Shown: positions 45,114-56,439, numbered from the stretch's first letter. The stretch is DNA of 64,000 nucleotides from Dehalococcoidia bacterium (GCA_049671165.1 JBATUN010000023.1:11722-75721), one strand, 5' to 3'. The notes: generated from the letters alone by a model not told the origin. A program made the numbers and translations.

Positions 45114-45578
45114 CGTTGGGCTTTTCAGGTGAGGAACTTCACATAATTAATTATAACATAACTTGAGAACAATAGATTGCGATAGATGGTAGAATGGCTC
45201 GACGTATGGAGAAAAACGGCGATTCAAGAGAAGCTGTAAAAGGTGTCAAGGATGTAGCGAATAATACATCATGGTTTGGAGAGACTGCTCACTACTGGGC
45301 AGAAGCATCGTTGCCTTTGGCTTATGCACTGGCGTGTGTTGAAGTTGTTTCTAGAAGCTCGGAGAAGGCTCGCATACTCTACAATAGGCTTATTGAAGCA
45401 TGGAGTGACATGGGGATGTCGACATGCACTTAAATGTGAGAGGGTTATTCTCTCATCTGCAATATATGTCACAGGATGAGTTAATGTAGAATTAGACAAG
45501 CAGAAGTCACGCCGTAGCTAGGTCCAGAATCTATTTCTTAAAGAAGCCTCATACGCCTTGAGAAGGGATATAGCATTA

Positions 45579-46373
45579 TCACCCACCACCTTGCCCCGGT
45601 CTTCGCATAGTTATTGTATCTGGCTTCCCTCCTATTTTCGCACGTTCAGCTTGCTTATAGGCATCTGGTTCTGTATGTTTGGTCATTACCCGGCGGTGAT
45701 ATGACCTAGAGAGGTAGAGAGCTAGTAACGGAGCGTGTCCGAATACCCTATCTTTGGCAGCAAGCACGGTGCAGGGCGCCCTACTGTTCTTAAGGAATAA
45801 CGAATCATGCCCTACGCAGAGGCACACCATAATATTGAGCTCTGTGTTGTAGCTGTTAAGGATTGCTGCCTGAGCTATGGGATGGCACATCGGCTCAAAC
45901 GTTCCAGGACTAATCTTTTCCCACTCCTCAAAGCCCAATTCCTCTTTGGGCACGGAGCCACATTTGCAGCAAACCGAGACAACTTCAAATCCTCTGTTCT
46001 CCAAGATAGGTACAAGTAGACTGACCTCATACTGAACACCTACACAATAAGCAACCCCCAGCCTCTTATAACGCATCCTTTCGGCAAACTCCATGATCTC
46101 CTCGACTCTGCTCTTTGAAGGTGAAATAACTTCGGGAGCATGGGGAAGCTTGATATAGCAAGATGCCTCTTGCTTAGAGGCGTTGTAGGCAAGCATGAGA
46201 TTTTCAGGGTCAATGCATTTCTGGGTGGCTTTCTTTATAACCTCTGTCCTTATCTTAGACGGACAGTTGTCTGGTCCCTTGTCCCATTCCGCAGTACTGC
46301 ATGCACGCCGTGCACATTTGGCACAATTCACCAATAGCTCTGCTCTTTGCTCTGTTTGTCTAGTCATAATCAC
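45579..46373 (-). CDS. Cys-rich putative metal-binding protein of unknown function
   Basis: 264-aa ORF with a CxxCxxxxC N-terminus and several CC/CxC clusters. No family recognised with confidence. Confidence 0.5.
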   Translation of the reverse strand: MIMTRQTEQRAELLVNCAKCARRACSTAEWDKGPDNCPSKIRTEVIKKATQKCIDPENLMLAYNASKQEASCYIKLPHAPEVISPSKSRVEEIMEFAERMRYKRLGVAYCVGVQYEVSLLVPILENRGFEVVSVCCKCGSVPKEELGFEEWEKISPGTFEPMCHPIAQAAILNSYNTELNIMVCLCVGHDSLFLKNSRAPCTVLAAKDRVFGHAPLLALYLSRSYHRRVMTKHTEPDAYKQAERAKIGGKPDTITMRRPGQGGG

Positions 46374-47001
46374 ACTCCCATTTTTCTATTCGAATTCAAA
46401 TCTTCTCCAATTCACTGCAATTCAATGAGTCCGAAAGACATCCGCACGGCTAAAAATCTGTGTCCGTATGCGAACTCGCTGCTTACACCCGCAATGTTCC
46501 CCATAATAACACTATTGGTATCGTGAGTAAAAAGGATAATCAATTCCTTAGAAAGGCAAATCTCTTGCCTAATGCCGCTACTTTTGCTAGCAGCTATACT
46601 AATCCTACTGTAACCTAGGTGACGATAAAGGACACACCATTGAACAAAACCGAGGATTGTTCAACTGGATGCTGTTCCTGAGTGGCAACCGGAGCCCTTA
46701 TTGCTTGTCGCTCGTCTCTTAGTCCTCTGGTAATGCTAACTGTGAACACTGAAGCTGGATACCAGCTTACTCAGCTTCTCGAACCATGCATTGGAACACG
46801 GAACTGGAGGTGCAAAGTCACAGATTACAGCTTGTGAGCTACGAGTTTTAAGTTCCAGGTTCCAAGTCTCAAGTGTAAGTCACAAGCTACAACCTGACTG
46901 ACTACTAGGTCACAAAACAATGTTTTGCTTAGATAAGCTGTTGACTAGTCATTATCTTGATGTTATTCTCACAAACAAATCTTAAGCGCAAGGAGGTTCA
47001 A

Positions 47002-47139
47002 ATGCAGGCATATTGCATGAAATGCAGAAGAAAGGTTGAGATCAAGAATCCAAAGGCTATCAGAATGAAGAACAAACGTCCTGCGACTCAAGGTGTGTGC
47101 CCGAGGTGCGGGACTAAGGTATTTCGCATAGGACAGTAG
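47002..47139 (+). CDS. Small zinc-ribbon protein (CxxC...CxxC)
   Basis: AGGAGG RBS 7 nt upstream. 'YCMKCRRKVE...GVCPRCGTKVFRI'. Confidence 0.55.
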   Translation: MQAYCMKCRRKVEIKNPKAIRMKNKRPATQGVCPRCGTKVFRIGQ

Positions 47140-47415
47140 CGCTGGCAATCTTGGAATAACGGCCTTACCCAGTAGCCCTCATCCTATTAGTAACAAAACT
47201 GGCTGCCAGTCGGCTAAACGTTTTGGCTGATTGTTACCCCTGATCCTGTCCTCTGAATCACTTGGTGTTGGACGAGATGGATACATACAAACGGCGATTG
47301 ATCAGGCTTTTTTGTATTGGCTTCTCCTAGTGTTGATCCTACTATTTCAGCCAAATGGTCTTTCATATAATTTGACAAGCCTTGGTACAATTTAATGTCA
47401 CCGTAAGAGGATAAT

Positions 47416-49392
47416 ATGCTGACTGTCACCGGCGTCTCCAAGTCATACAACGACCATGAGCTCTTCAGCGGGATTAGCTTCACCGTTGGCATGAGCGATC
47501 GCATTGCGGTCATCGGGCGGAATGGCACGGGGAAGACCACCCTTTTCGAAATCATAACCGGCAACATCATCCCAGATTCCGGAAGCGTGTCTGTGCGACG
47601 TGACACTGCTATCGGTTATCTTCGTCAGGATGTCCAACCATCATCGGAGCGTAGTCTGCTGGAATACGTGTCCGGTTCGTCCGATCTGGTCAGGGACCTT
47701 GCGCATAAGATCGCGCTGGTGCAAGAAGACCTGGCAGAGGAACAGGACGAAGAAACCGTGAATGGCCTGTTGAGAAAGCTGGGCGAGCTGCAGTCACTCT
47801 ATGAGGCGAAGGGTGGCTATAGCTCCGAACACGAGGCGAAGATCATCCTCGCTGGAATGGGTTTTGCCCGGTCAGATTTCGAGCATCCGCTATCTGAATT
47901 CAGCGGCGGCTGGCGGACGCGTATTGAACTGGCCAGGCTCCTTTTCCTTAATCCCGATATCTTGCTGCTGGACGAACCTACAAACTATCTCGATCTGGAG
48001 ACGCAGCGCTGGTTTGAGACCTACCTGAAGCGCTATCGCGGTGCTGTTCTGGTGACGTCACATGACCGAGCCTTTCTCAACAATGTTGTGAGCAAGATCA
48101 TAGCTATTGAGGATGAGGGCGTTATCTTCCACCATGGAGATTATGATAGCTACGTTCGCGCCCGCGAGAGGGATATCGAGAGTCGCAAGGCAGCTGCCCG
48201 GCGACAGGAGGTAGAAATCAGACGGCAAATGCGTTTCATTGAGCGCTTCCGGGCCAAGAATACCAAGGCTTCTCAGGTGCAGAGCCGCATCAAGCAACTG
48301 GGCAAGATTGAGCGGATTACAGTTCCTCGGGTAATGAAGAGAATACACTTCAATTTCAGAGAGCCTCCGCGGAGCGGTCGTGTCGTAATCGAACTCAAGC
48401 ACCTTGCGAAGTCTTACGGCCAGCATGTCGTATACCAGGATCTTAACATGGTGCTGGAGCGGGGAGATCGGGCCGCCATAGTAGGTGTGAATGGGGCCGG
48501 GAAGACAACCCTTCTGCGCATACTAGCGGGTGTTTTGCCCTTTGAAAGAGGGCAGCGCGTACTCGGGCACAATGTAACTACGGCATACTTCGCCCAGTAC
48601 TATATAGAATCTCTCAACCCCTACAACAGCATCATTGAGGAGTTGCGGAGCGTAGCACCGGAAGAGCCGGAACAGCGGTTGCGCGGTCTGGCCGGGGCAT
48701 TCCTCTTCAGTGGTGACGATGTAACGAAGAGGATATCGGTGCTCTCGGGTGGGGAAAAGACGCGCATTGCTATTGCCAGGATGCTCGTAAGGCCGGCCAA
48801 TCTCCTTCTTATGGATGAACCAACCAATCACCTGGACATTGCGTCCCGCGAGATTTTGACCGATGCCCTGGATTCTTACAAAGGGACCTTATGTTTTATC
48901 ACTCATGACCGTACTCTTATCCGGGAGATCGCCAACAAAATAATTCAGGTGCGGGATGGCCAAGTAACGGTTTTCCCAGGTAGTTACGATGATTATCTAT
49001 GGCGGAACAGATCACCGGGCGGTCAAGCGGAGACTATGGAAACACAGCCCCGTATAGGGCAGTTACGTCAGCCACCAACGACCGTGAGGAAGCGCCAACG
49101 CAAGGCACTCGAGGGCCGACTGCGGAACGAGTACTACCGGGCCATATCGCCGGTAAGGGAACGCATCACAGAAATAGAGCAGGAGATGGCAGGGAACACG
49201 GGGCGAATTGAAGAGATCGAAGCTATAATGGCTGACCCCTCCCATTACAAGGATTCCCGTAACGTAGTTGCTGTGAATCGTGAATATATGACGTTAAGAG
49301 AAAAGGTGGCGAGGTTGACGGCCGAATGGGAGGGCCTGATGGGCGAGGCTGAGCGGATAGGCCTGGACTACCGCAGGAGACGAGAAGAATGA
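47416..49392 (+). CDS. ABC-F family ATPase (two ABC domains, no TM domain) with a C-terminal coiled coil
   Basis: Two Walker A motifs ('GRNGTGKTT' and 'GVNGAGKTT'), two signature motifs ('FSGGWRTRIELA' and 'LSGGEKTRIAIA') and a linker between the domains. Confidence 0.9.
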   Translation: MLTVTGVSKSYNDHELFSGISFTVGMSDRIAVIGRNGTGKTTLFEIITGNIIPDSGSVSVRRDTAIGYLRQDVQPSSERSLLEYVSGSSDLVRDLAHKIALVQEDLAEEQDEETVNGLLRKLGELQSLYEAKGGYSSEHEAKIILAGMGFARSDFEHPLSEFSGGWRTRIELARLLFLNPDILLLDEPTNYLDLETQRWFETYLKRYRGAVLVTSHDRAFLNNVVSKIIAIEDEGVIFHHGDYDSYVRARERDIESRKAAARRQEVEIRRQMRFIERFRAKNTKASQVQSRIKQLGKIERITVPRVMKRIHFNFREPPRSGRVVIELKHLAKSYGQHVVYQDLNMVLERGDRAAIVGVNGAGKTTLLRILAGVLPFERGQRVLGHNVTTAYFAQYYIESLNPYNSIIEELRSVAPEEPEQRLRGLAGAFLFSGDDVTKRISVLSGGEKTRIAIARMLVRPANLLLMDEPTNHLDIASREILTDALDSYKGTLCFITHDRTLIREIANKIIQVRDGQVTVFPGSYDDYLWRNRSPGGQAETMETQPRIGQLRQPPTTVRKRQRKALEGRLRNEYYRAISPVRERITEIEQEMAGNTGRIEEIEAIMADPSHYKDSRNVVAVNREYMTLREKVARLTAEWEGLMGEAERIGLDYRRRREE

Positions 49393-49677
49393 AGGGCCTG
49401 GCGAAGTGTTTGGCTACGGTAGGCCTCAATACTTCCCTGAGTGTCACTCCTAGAGCCATAGACGGACGGTGATGCAACAACCTGACGAAAAGTGGCCCAA
49501 CAATTCTGGCATTTGTGCAATGGTTCGCGGTGTCTAGAAACCTTCGCATATAGGTTTCCACTAGGTACAGCTTGCGCGAGATTCAACCTACAGGTTTGAC
49601 TATGGTTGCTTCTTGCATAATGTGGGATAATAACCTCAACACCTCTTTGCTCGTCTAGTCGATTAAGGAAGGAGCAG

Positions 49678-50598
49678 ATGAGTAAGTTAACCTGCCAAAT
49701 TCCTATGAAACCGATTACGCCTATTGTAATTGGCGTCATGCTTATGTTAAGCATTCTTGTGTCAAGCATTTGTGCCACCCCAAAAGGGCAAGGTTTTGCC
49801 ATTTACTTGACCAGAGAAGATATTCCTCCCGAGAAGATGGAGATGCTCAGCCACGTCGACATCGCCGACCAACCTATCGTATCAATTCAAGATATCATCA
49901 CCTATAATGCCCGAACTCACGAGATAAAACTTACTGACGAAGCCTTTGAACGTATCGCTAGTCTGGAAGTGCCCGTCAGGGGAAAGGCACTTCTGGTTTG
50001 TGTTGACGGGACACCCATTTATTGGGGCGCTTTCTGGACACCGATTTCTTCTATTTCATTTGATGGGGTTATCATCTGGAAGCCACTGGGCTCCCAGAAA
50101 CCAAAAGTAATAACAATCGGGCTTGGTTACCCTACCTCATCTTCTTTTGAAGGTGAAGATCCCAGGAATAATCCAGCAGTATTGCATTCGCTTGAACAGG
50201 CTGGCAAGCTAATCAACAAGCCATCAATTACATCTATAGAAAAGCTACCCAGCGCATTCAAAGGATATGAGCTGTACTCATGGGAAGAAGAAGGCCAATG
50301 GCACTTCACTTTGATTACAGGTACCAATCGTATTAAGACGATAGAAGAAATAACTTCTAAAGAGGATTTTCTCTCTGAAACCGGGTGGGTGAAAATCCGA
50401 GTGGTGGGTGCAGATGCGATTAAAGATGTTCTCAGCCGCTTGCCTGAGGGTGAATCAGTCTTCTGGTGTGATGAGTTGCATATAGGGCAATCAACAGAGA
50501 CGGACTTACAGTTACCACCTGAGGAGATTGCAGATGCAATCCAGGAATATGCTAAGCAGTGCGGTTTGGATTTTGTAGTTGCAGTACATAGCTATTGA
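49678..50598 (+). CDS. Hypothetical secreted or membrane-anchored protein
   Basis: AAGGAAGGAG RBS, N-terminal hydrophobic helix and a 306-aa ORF. Confidence 0.55.
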   Translation: MSKLTCQIPMKPITPIVIGVMLMLSILVSSICATPKGQGFAIYLTREDIPPEKMEMLSHVDIADQPIVSIQDIITYNARTHEIKLTDEAFERIASLEVPVRGKALLVCVDGTPIYWGAFWTPISSISFDGVIIWKPLGSQKPKVITIGLGYPTSSSFEGEDPRNNPAVLHSLEQAGKLINKPSITSIEKLPSAFKGYELYSWEEEGQWHFTLITGTNRIKTIEEITSKEDFLSETGWVKIRVVGADAIKDVLSRLPEGESVFWCDELHIGQSTETDLQLPPEEIADAIQEYAKQCGLDFVVAVHSY

Positions 50599-51169
50599 AA
50601 ATAAAGGTCACGAAAAAGTGCATTGTTGAGTAGCCACTGAGCAAATTAGCTAAGGCCATCACACATTTGTGCTCGCTCATCCAGACAACGTACCTTGTGC
50701 TCTCCGATTCCAGCCAGGTCAATACCGACACTTTTGATCATTGTATCTTCTCCTTTTCCAAATATTCGGGCTCCGCAGTAACGAGCCGGTCCCCTTTCCC
50801 ATGCTTGTAACATAATACGGAGCTATCTACTAGCGACACTCCAATTTCCTAAAGCGGGTCTCGTTATAAGGACCGGCAGGCAATCTAAACGACGGGGCAG
50901 CTTTCGGCTCCCCAGCGAATTGTGCACCTCACCGGAACCCGTTAGTCTAAATATTAACCCCCCTCTGGACTGAAAAGCATCTGCTAGCTTCGGAAGTAAT
51001 ATACAAGCGTAATGTGACCGTCCCAGATTTTGTTCTCTTACTTCCTGTAAATTCATTTGCTATGCTAATACCGAGGCAGTACAATTTACCCCAAGAAGGT
51101 CTGTACAAAAACGTGAAAAGCCGTGCATAAGCAGGGACAAGAATGCCAACCGGAGGATTAGGGCAAAAG

Positions 51170-51958
51170 ATGAAAACTATTGTCATTACTGGGAGCACCA
51201 GTGGGATAGGATTCGGACTTGCCGATGTGTTCCTCTCACATGGTTGTGCTATTACCATTAGTGGACGTTCTCAGACAAATTTAGACAAAGCTTATCAGAT
51301 ATTGACTGGCAAATACGACCGGAACGGGATTCTGGCGTACATGTGTGACGTAAGCCATTATGATCAAGTCGAAGGCTTGTGGAGTGCGGCAAGAGCGAGG
51401 TTCGGCCGCGTCGACATATGGATAAACAATGCCGGCGCGGGCCATCCTGAAACTCTGATTTGGGACTATTCTCACGAGACGATTGATAGGGTTATTGCGG
51501 CGAACGTTACCGGCGCTATGTACGGCTTGACGGTGGCTTCAAAGGGAATGATGCAACAAGGATTCGGCAGCATCTACAACATGGAGGGATTAGGCAGTAG
51601 CGGCCCTGTGATTAGGGGACTGGCATTATACTCCGCCACGAAATCAGCACTAGCACACCTTACAACAGCTGCTGCGAAAGAAGTTCAGGGCACACCAATA
51701 ATGATTGGCGGCCTTCGACCAGGCATGGTTACCACGAAATTGATAACGGAGCAGTATGAGGGTCACCCGGAAGAATGGAAACGCGCGGAACGGATTTTCA
51801 ACATTTTGTCTGACCGAGTCGAAACCGTTACCCCGTGGTTGGTAAACAAGATCCTCTCCAATAAGAAGAACGGTGTGAGGATTGAGTGGCTTACAAAATC
51901 GAAGATATTTATGCGTTTCCTAACTTCGCCATTCCACAAGCGTAGTATCTTTGATTAA
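51170..51958 (+). CDS. Short-chain dehydrogenase/reductase (SDR) family oxidoreductase
   Basis: 'ITGSTSGIGFGLA', 'NNAG' and 'YSATKSA'. Confidence 0.85.
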   Translation: MKTIVITGSTSGIGFGLADVFLSHGCAITISGRSQTNLDKAYQILTGKYDRNGILAYMCDVSHYDQVEGLWSAARARFGRVDIWINNAGAGHPETLIWDYSHETIDRVIAANVTGAMYGLTVASKGMMQQGFGSIYNMEGLGSSGPVIRGLALYSATKSALAHLTTAAAKEVQGTPIMIGGLRPGMVTTKLITEQYEGHPEEWKRAERIFNILSDRVETVTPWLVNKILSNKKNGVRIEWLTKSKIFMRFLTSPFHKRSIFD

Positions 51959-52164
51959 AGGCCTTACGAGTCTGCACTTTAGTCCAGATTGTTTGATGTC
52001 CCGAGTACTGGGCCGGTTTTCAGAGGTAGGCTAGAGCAAAGATATGCACCTCATGCCCTTCCTTAGTAGGTTCCCGTTCCATCATCTGGATGACGGTAAC
52101 AATACTATTTGTGGCGGGAAGGAATGTGTCGGTGGAAAAGCCGATTTTCGTGAAGACTCCACGT

Positions 52165-52638
52165 CTAATGTCCGCAGAATCTTATTTGAGGTTCTTTATA
52201 TAATTGCACACTATTGTCACGAATCTTTTCTATCTTGATAGTTCGAAGTTCTGGGTCATTCCCAGCAATTAATGACATCTGCTGCGCCAAAGTTGGCCGA
52301 ATGTTTTCTCTTTTTATAATTCGGTACCAGTCTTTGTAGCAGTAGATTCCCTGGAAGATAACGGCGGAGAGGAAGCCGTAAGAGACCTCCGGTGCCAAGA
52401 TGTAAAAGCCTCTTACCACGAATACTCCGCCAATAACTAGGGCAAGAAACCAGTGGTGCAAGTGGAGCTGATAGTTCCGCCAGGGGATGATTATTGACCT
52501 GACAATTCCTTCTTTACCGTCTGTCCGGCCGCTGAGGTACTTGGTGATGACGAAAGCGATAATCCAGCTCTTGTAGCAGAGTAGACCAAGGAAGAGAAAG
52601 CCGACAATCAGGCTGATGAGGAATATCTTTTTCCTCAT
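52165..52638 (-). CDS. Hypothetical small membrane protein
   Basis: Three or four hydrophobic helices. No family recognised. Confidence 0.45.
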   Translation of the reverse strand: MRKKIFLISLIVGFLFLGLLCYKSWIIAFVITKYLSGRTDGKEGIVRSIIIPWRNYQLHLHHWFLALVIGGVFVVRGFYILAPEVSYGFLSAVIFQGIYCYKDWYRIIKRENIRPTLAQQMSLIAGNDPELRTIKIEKIRDNSVQLYKEPQIRFCGH

Positions 52639-52859
52639 TTCATCTATTATATGATAATCCTAAATAGCCCAAAAGTCCATTTGCTATTACTAATCCTTCG
52701 CTGGCTTGGTTGGCGGGACCTCAAGCTTGGCCTTAGGCTATTCTTTGTAAAGGACTGAACAATCGCCTGAAGTGTTACTTAATTACACAAAAAGCCATTT
52801 TGTGCCTTCAAGATTTACTTCATAGTTCCGCCTTTTCCCTGCATTATTGATATTTATTC

Positions 52860-53290
52860 GTATTTTTCAAGGAACGTCCCTGGGACGTTTCGAGTTGTTC
52901 CGGGGTTGTTTCAGGGTTAATTTCAGGGTTGGTTCAGCCCTGTTCAGCTACAATTTTCGACCTAGTTCCAACCTTGTTTCAACTTATTTCAGCCTAGTTT
53001 CACTTTGCGTTTCGGTTTCCGATTTGTTGCCGCTTGTTTCCACTTTTGTCCGTTTCAATCTCCACTTTGTTCCCCACACGGTGGACTAGACGAGCTGGTT
53101 CTGGATTGGCTTCGCGCTAGTCCTATGGTTCCAGTTCCAGGTTGGAACTGCTAACTTCAGAGTTGTAGCTTCGTTGTAGCTTCTAACTTGCAGTTGGAAC
53201 TTGGAAGTTGGAATTCGTAGCTCATAAGTCGTAACCTGTAACTTCACACTTCCAGTTCTATATTCCAATACATGGTTCCAGAACAATCCG
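52860..53290. repeat. Non-coding low-complexity region of degenerate short-period repeats (GTTTCA/GTTCC/GTTGGAACT/GTAGCTTC units)
   Basis: Visible as strings such as 'gttgtttcagggttaatttcagggttggttcag...gtttcaacttatttcagcctagtttcac...' and 'gttggaactgctaacttcagagttgtagcttcgttgtagcttctaacttgcagttggaacttggaagttggaa'. Confidence 0.5.
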
Positions 53291-53352
53291 ATGGATTGTT
53301 GGATAATTTCCTGAGTTAAAGTGACCCTCCAAAAAGATTGCTATTTCTTAAG

Positions 53353-53619
53353 TTATCGTGGGTAGTCAGTCAATACTAGCGGTTCTTGATCACTTGCTAC
53401 GACAGTGTCCTCTACTCTCACACCCCACGGATCGGTATAAAGACCGCAGTTACCTACGGCGGTAACCACTCTAGCCTCAAGCGGAGGTGGTTCGTTTTCC
53501 TCATGGAAAAAGGCATAGCCCGGTGGCAGAGGCGATTCTTCGAACTCAATGCCGACGCCATGAATCGGCGGCCCAAAGATATGCTCACCATGCTTCGCAT
53601 CCTTTAATATGTCATGCAA
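53353..53619 (-). pseudogene. C-terminal fragment of an M24-family Xaa-Pro aminopeptidase (gene remnant)
   Basis: 'HGVGIEFEESP' and 'GLYTDPWGVRVEDTVV' are conserved C-terminal M24 motifs. Only 88 aa are present and the N-terminal two-thirds is missing. Confidence 0.5.
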
Positions 53620-53758
53620 GGTCTGTTCCGGATCGTCCTACTGTTCTTCTATTCTAGAGCCAGACAATTCCCATGGCCAATCGAAGTGAGGAAGAGTCTA
53701 TGACGCAAGCCCGGGTTGAATTGTACCTTCCATCTTAATAAAAGATATTCCTCTGGCA

Positions 53759-54787
53759 CTAAGCTGGCTTACTAAGAAAGTACAGGGTTGTCATAGCCGC
53801 GAAGTATAAGAGCGCTAGAGCCACCGTATCTACACCAACCCAGATGCGCAGCCAGAATCGAGGCCGGAAAACGATACCGATAATCACAATGCTACTCATC
53901 AGTACCGCAAAAAGAGCCGTTATGACATGGTATACCTCCGCTCCCTGCAGAATTGGCCCGGCAGCATAGAAAAGGTCACTTATAAAGATAACAACACCCA
54001 TATTGAACAAGTTACTTCCCACCATATTACCAACAGCCATTTCCAAGGCACCCAATCGTGCTGCAGAAATTGAGACCACAATTTCGGGTGCGGATGTACA
54101 GATGGCAAGAAACAAGGTACCCACAAAGCTGGCGCTGAGACCGGTGACTTGAGAAATCTGGTCGCCAACAGGTGCCAGCCATATTCCGGCTCCAGCAGTT
54201 GCTATTGCTGCCACAACAAATAAGGTGACCGCCCTTTTCAGAGACATGTGATGATCGTTGGCAGGGACTATCTCGTTTCCCTGAGCGTCTGCACTTTTAG
54301 CCGACTGGAAGCGAAATATCATGTATTGTGCAAGAAGGTACAGGAGGAATAGTATTAGAGAAAGGATCCCAATCCGACCGAAAATGGTCAATGTTAGCAG
54401 ATTCTGAGCCAGATAAAGGAATGTGGCTGCTGCCGCTATTAGAAAGAGACTCAACGCTGCGCCCAAGGTAATGCCTGTGCTCATATAATGCAACGCTGGG
54501 CCGCTCCTGTGGACCAAATCGATAATGGCAATAATCACCAGGTTTATCAAGTTGGAGCCAAAGAGGTCTCCGATCGTTAAGTCGGGCTCACCTACCAAGG
54601 TCACCGAACTGATGCCGGTAGCTAGTTCCGGGAGAGATGTTATAGTGGCGAGAAGAACTACACCAATCCAAACGCGCCCCAGACCTGTCTTCTCTGCAAT
54701 CAAATCACCATATTTGGCAAGTTTAGTTCCAGCTAAGACAATAATTGCAAGGCAGACAGCGAATTGTATCCAAACCATGCCGTACAC
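53759..54787 (-). CDS. Na+/Ca2+ exchanger (CaCA) family antiporter
   Basis: Two alpha-repeat motifs, 'GSNLINLVIIAIIDL' and 'GNMVGSNLFNMGVVIFISD'. About ten TM helices. Confidence 0.85.
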   Translation of the reverse strand: MYGMVWIQFAVCLAIIVLAGTKLAKYGDLIAEKTGLGRVWIGVVLLATITSLPELATGISSVTLVGEPDLTIGDLFGSNLINLVIIAIIDLVHRSGPALHYMSTGITLGAALSLFLIAAAATFLYLAQNLLTLTIFGRIGILSLILFLLYLLAQYMIFRFQSAKSADAQGNEIVPANDHHMSLKRAVTLFVVAAIATAGAGIWLAPVGDQISQVTGLSASFVGTLFLAICTSAPEIVVSISAARLGALEMAVGNMVGSNLFNMGVVIFISDLFYAAGPILQGAEVYHVITALFAVLMSSIVIIGIVFRPRFWLRIWVGVDTVALALLYFAAMTTLYFLSKPA

Positions 54788-55595
54788 TACCTAAATTATT
54801 CTTTTAGATACTAACACGCTACTAAGCTGTCGCGCAAAACCTAGTAGTTTTCCGACTGTATCCTTTCGCTCCGGGGGGTAAGACCCCAGTCTGGGGTCCA
54901 AACAGCTGTATTTCATAAGCTTAGAACCAGTTCAAAGTCTTTATTTCTGCCTACCGTATAATACCGCCCACCGTAGTAACTTTTTCGAGTAATCGTGACA
55001 CCGCGAGAGCTTTCTTGTGGACCTCAAGTCACCGTTTACTAGAAATTTCGGCTCTTAGTCTTATCCTGACATGGTTTTACCTTTTAACTTCGGTTTGTAC
55101 TTGCCAAAGCTATAGAGTTTCAGAAAGAGGGCTTTATGGATTTCTTCAAGGGCAAATATCTCTCCGGCAGCCAGTAAGACGTATATTAGAGGACTGAGGA
55201 ACTGCTGCAGGGAAACCATAATCGGAGGGTTTTTCTTCTTGCCGATAAGCTCGCTCTCACCATTCTGGACCGGGGAATTCTGGAATTATTCATATAAGTA
55301 ACTCTAACCTAATTATTATTCGGATTCAGTTTTTCAATCCAGAATTACTAGATGTCAAAGATAAATCCTTACGAGCTGACAAATGCCGTCCTAAAGGAGA
55401 GCCGTTCGTTTTTTTATTTCATTCCCCAGCCCCCGCTACACATTACGTCAGATTGTTAGGTGTGAATGTGCCCTTTCTAAGCCCAGGCTAATGAGTCTCG
55501 CTGAAACGAGACATCGGGCTCAAGCGGGATCGCTTTAGTCTGCTCTTCTCTTTCTTCGAGGTACTTGTGACTCAGTGCTAGGCACTCTGGCAACT

Positions 55596-55934
55596 TCAGT
55601 GCCCGGCGGGAAGCCACCCTTCTTTGCTCAGGATTTGTGCCGTCATCATGGTGCTGGGCACGTCACCCCGTGAGACGGTTATGGGGACTCTTTCACCAAC
55701 TGCGCTGCGAACCTTAGCTATTCCTTCGTGTGAGAAACCGGGGCAGAGGCTTATCGACTGTATCCCTTCCTTTTCAACCAAGTCTTTGCACACCTGAGCA
55801 GCCCGGTCGAAGTTGAATAACGGAATGACCACCATGGTGTATTCAAATTGGTCACCCTTGACGGAGGCTCGGTGCTTCACAGGGTCAGCATTCGGTGCCA
55901 TGATGACATTCGCTGCCTTAAACATCGTGCCCAC
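55596..55934 (-). CDS. Hypothetical protein
   Basis: Strong AGGAGGTG RBS upstream of the ATG. 112 aa. Confidence 0.5.
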   Translation of the reverse strand: MGTMFKAANVIMAPNADPVKHRASVKGDQFEYTMVVIPLFNFDRAAQVCKDLVEKEGIQSISLCPGFSHEGIAKVRSAVGERVPITVSRGDVPSTMMTAQILSKEGWLPAGH

Positions 55935-56439
55935 CTCCTTTCGAAGGATGATTATACGCTTGATGCTTCAGTTGTCAATATCGGCTCTTCCCCTTAGTGT
56001 GATTCCGGGTCAATTGCACAAAAGCCACAAATGTGCAACAGCGATTCGGTGCATCACACAACACGATGAATTGTGCATTAGTGGCGGATAATTTAGAATA
56101 CTAAGAAACTGATAGTCCTGGAGGCAATGAAAAACGTCAAATATTGGGTATACCATCCTTGAATCGTGGCCTATGCTGAAGGAAGACCTGATCAGCTTCT
56201 TAAGCGATACCGATGCATGGGTAATCAGTGAACTGAGGAAAGCATATGAGGTTAAGGATTGGGGACGAATTAGTAACGTAATTGATGTGATGGATTCACT
56301 GCACAATCTGTCACACTCAGACTAACCAAACTGAGCAAAAGAGGATGATTGTGTTGAGCCTTCTCCGAACAACAAACATCTTGGCTTTTTGTTATTTCAC
56401 AATAAGGTGTCTTGTTGAGGATCATTTGTTAAAGGTAGG

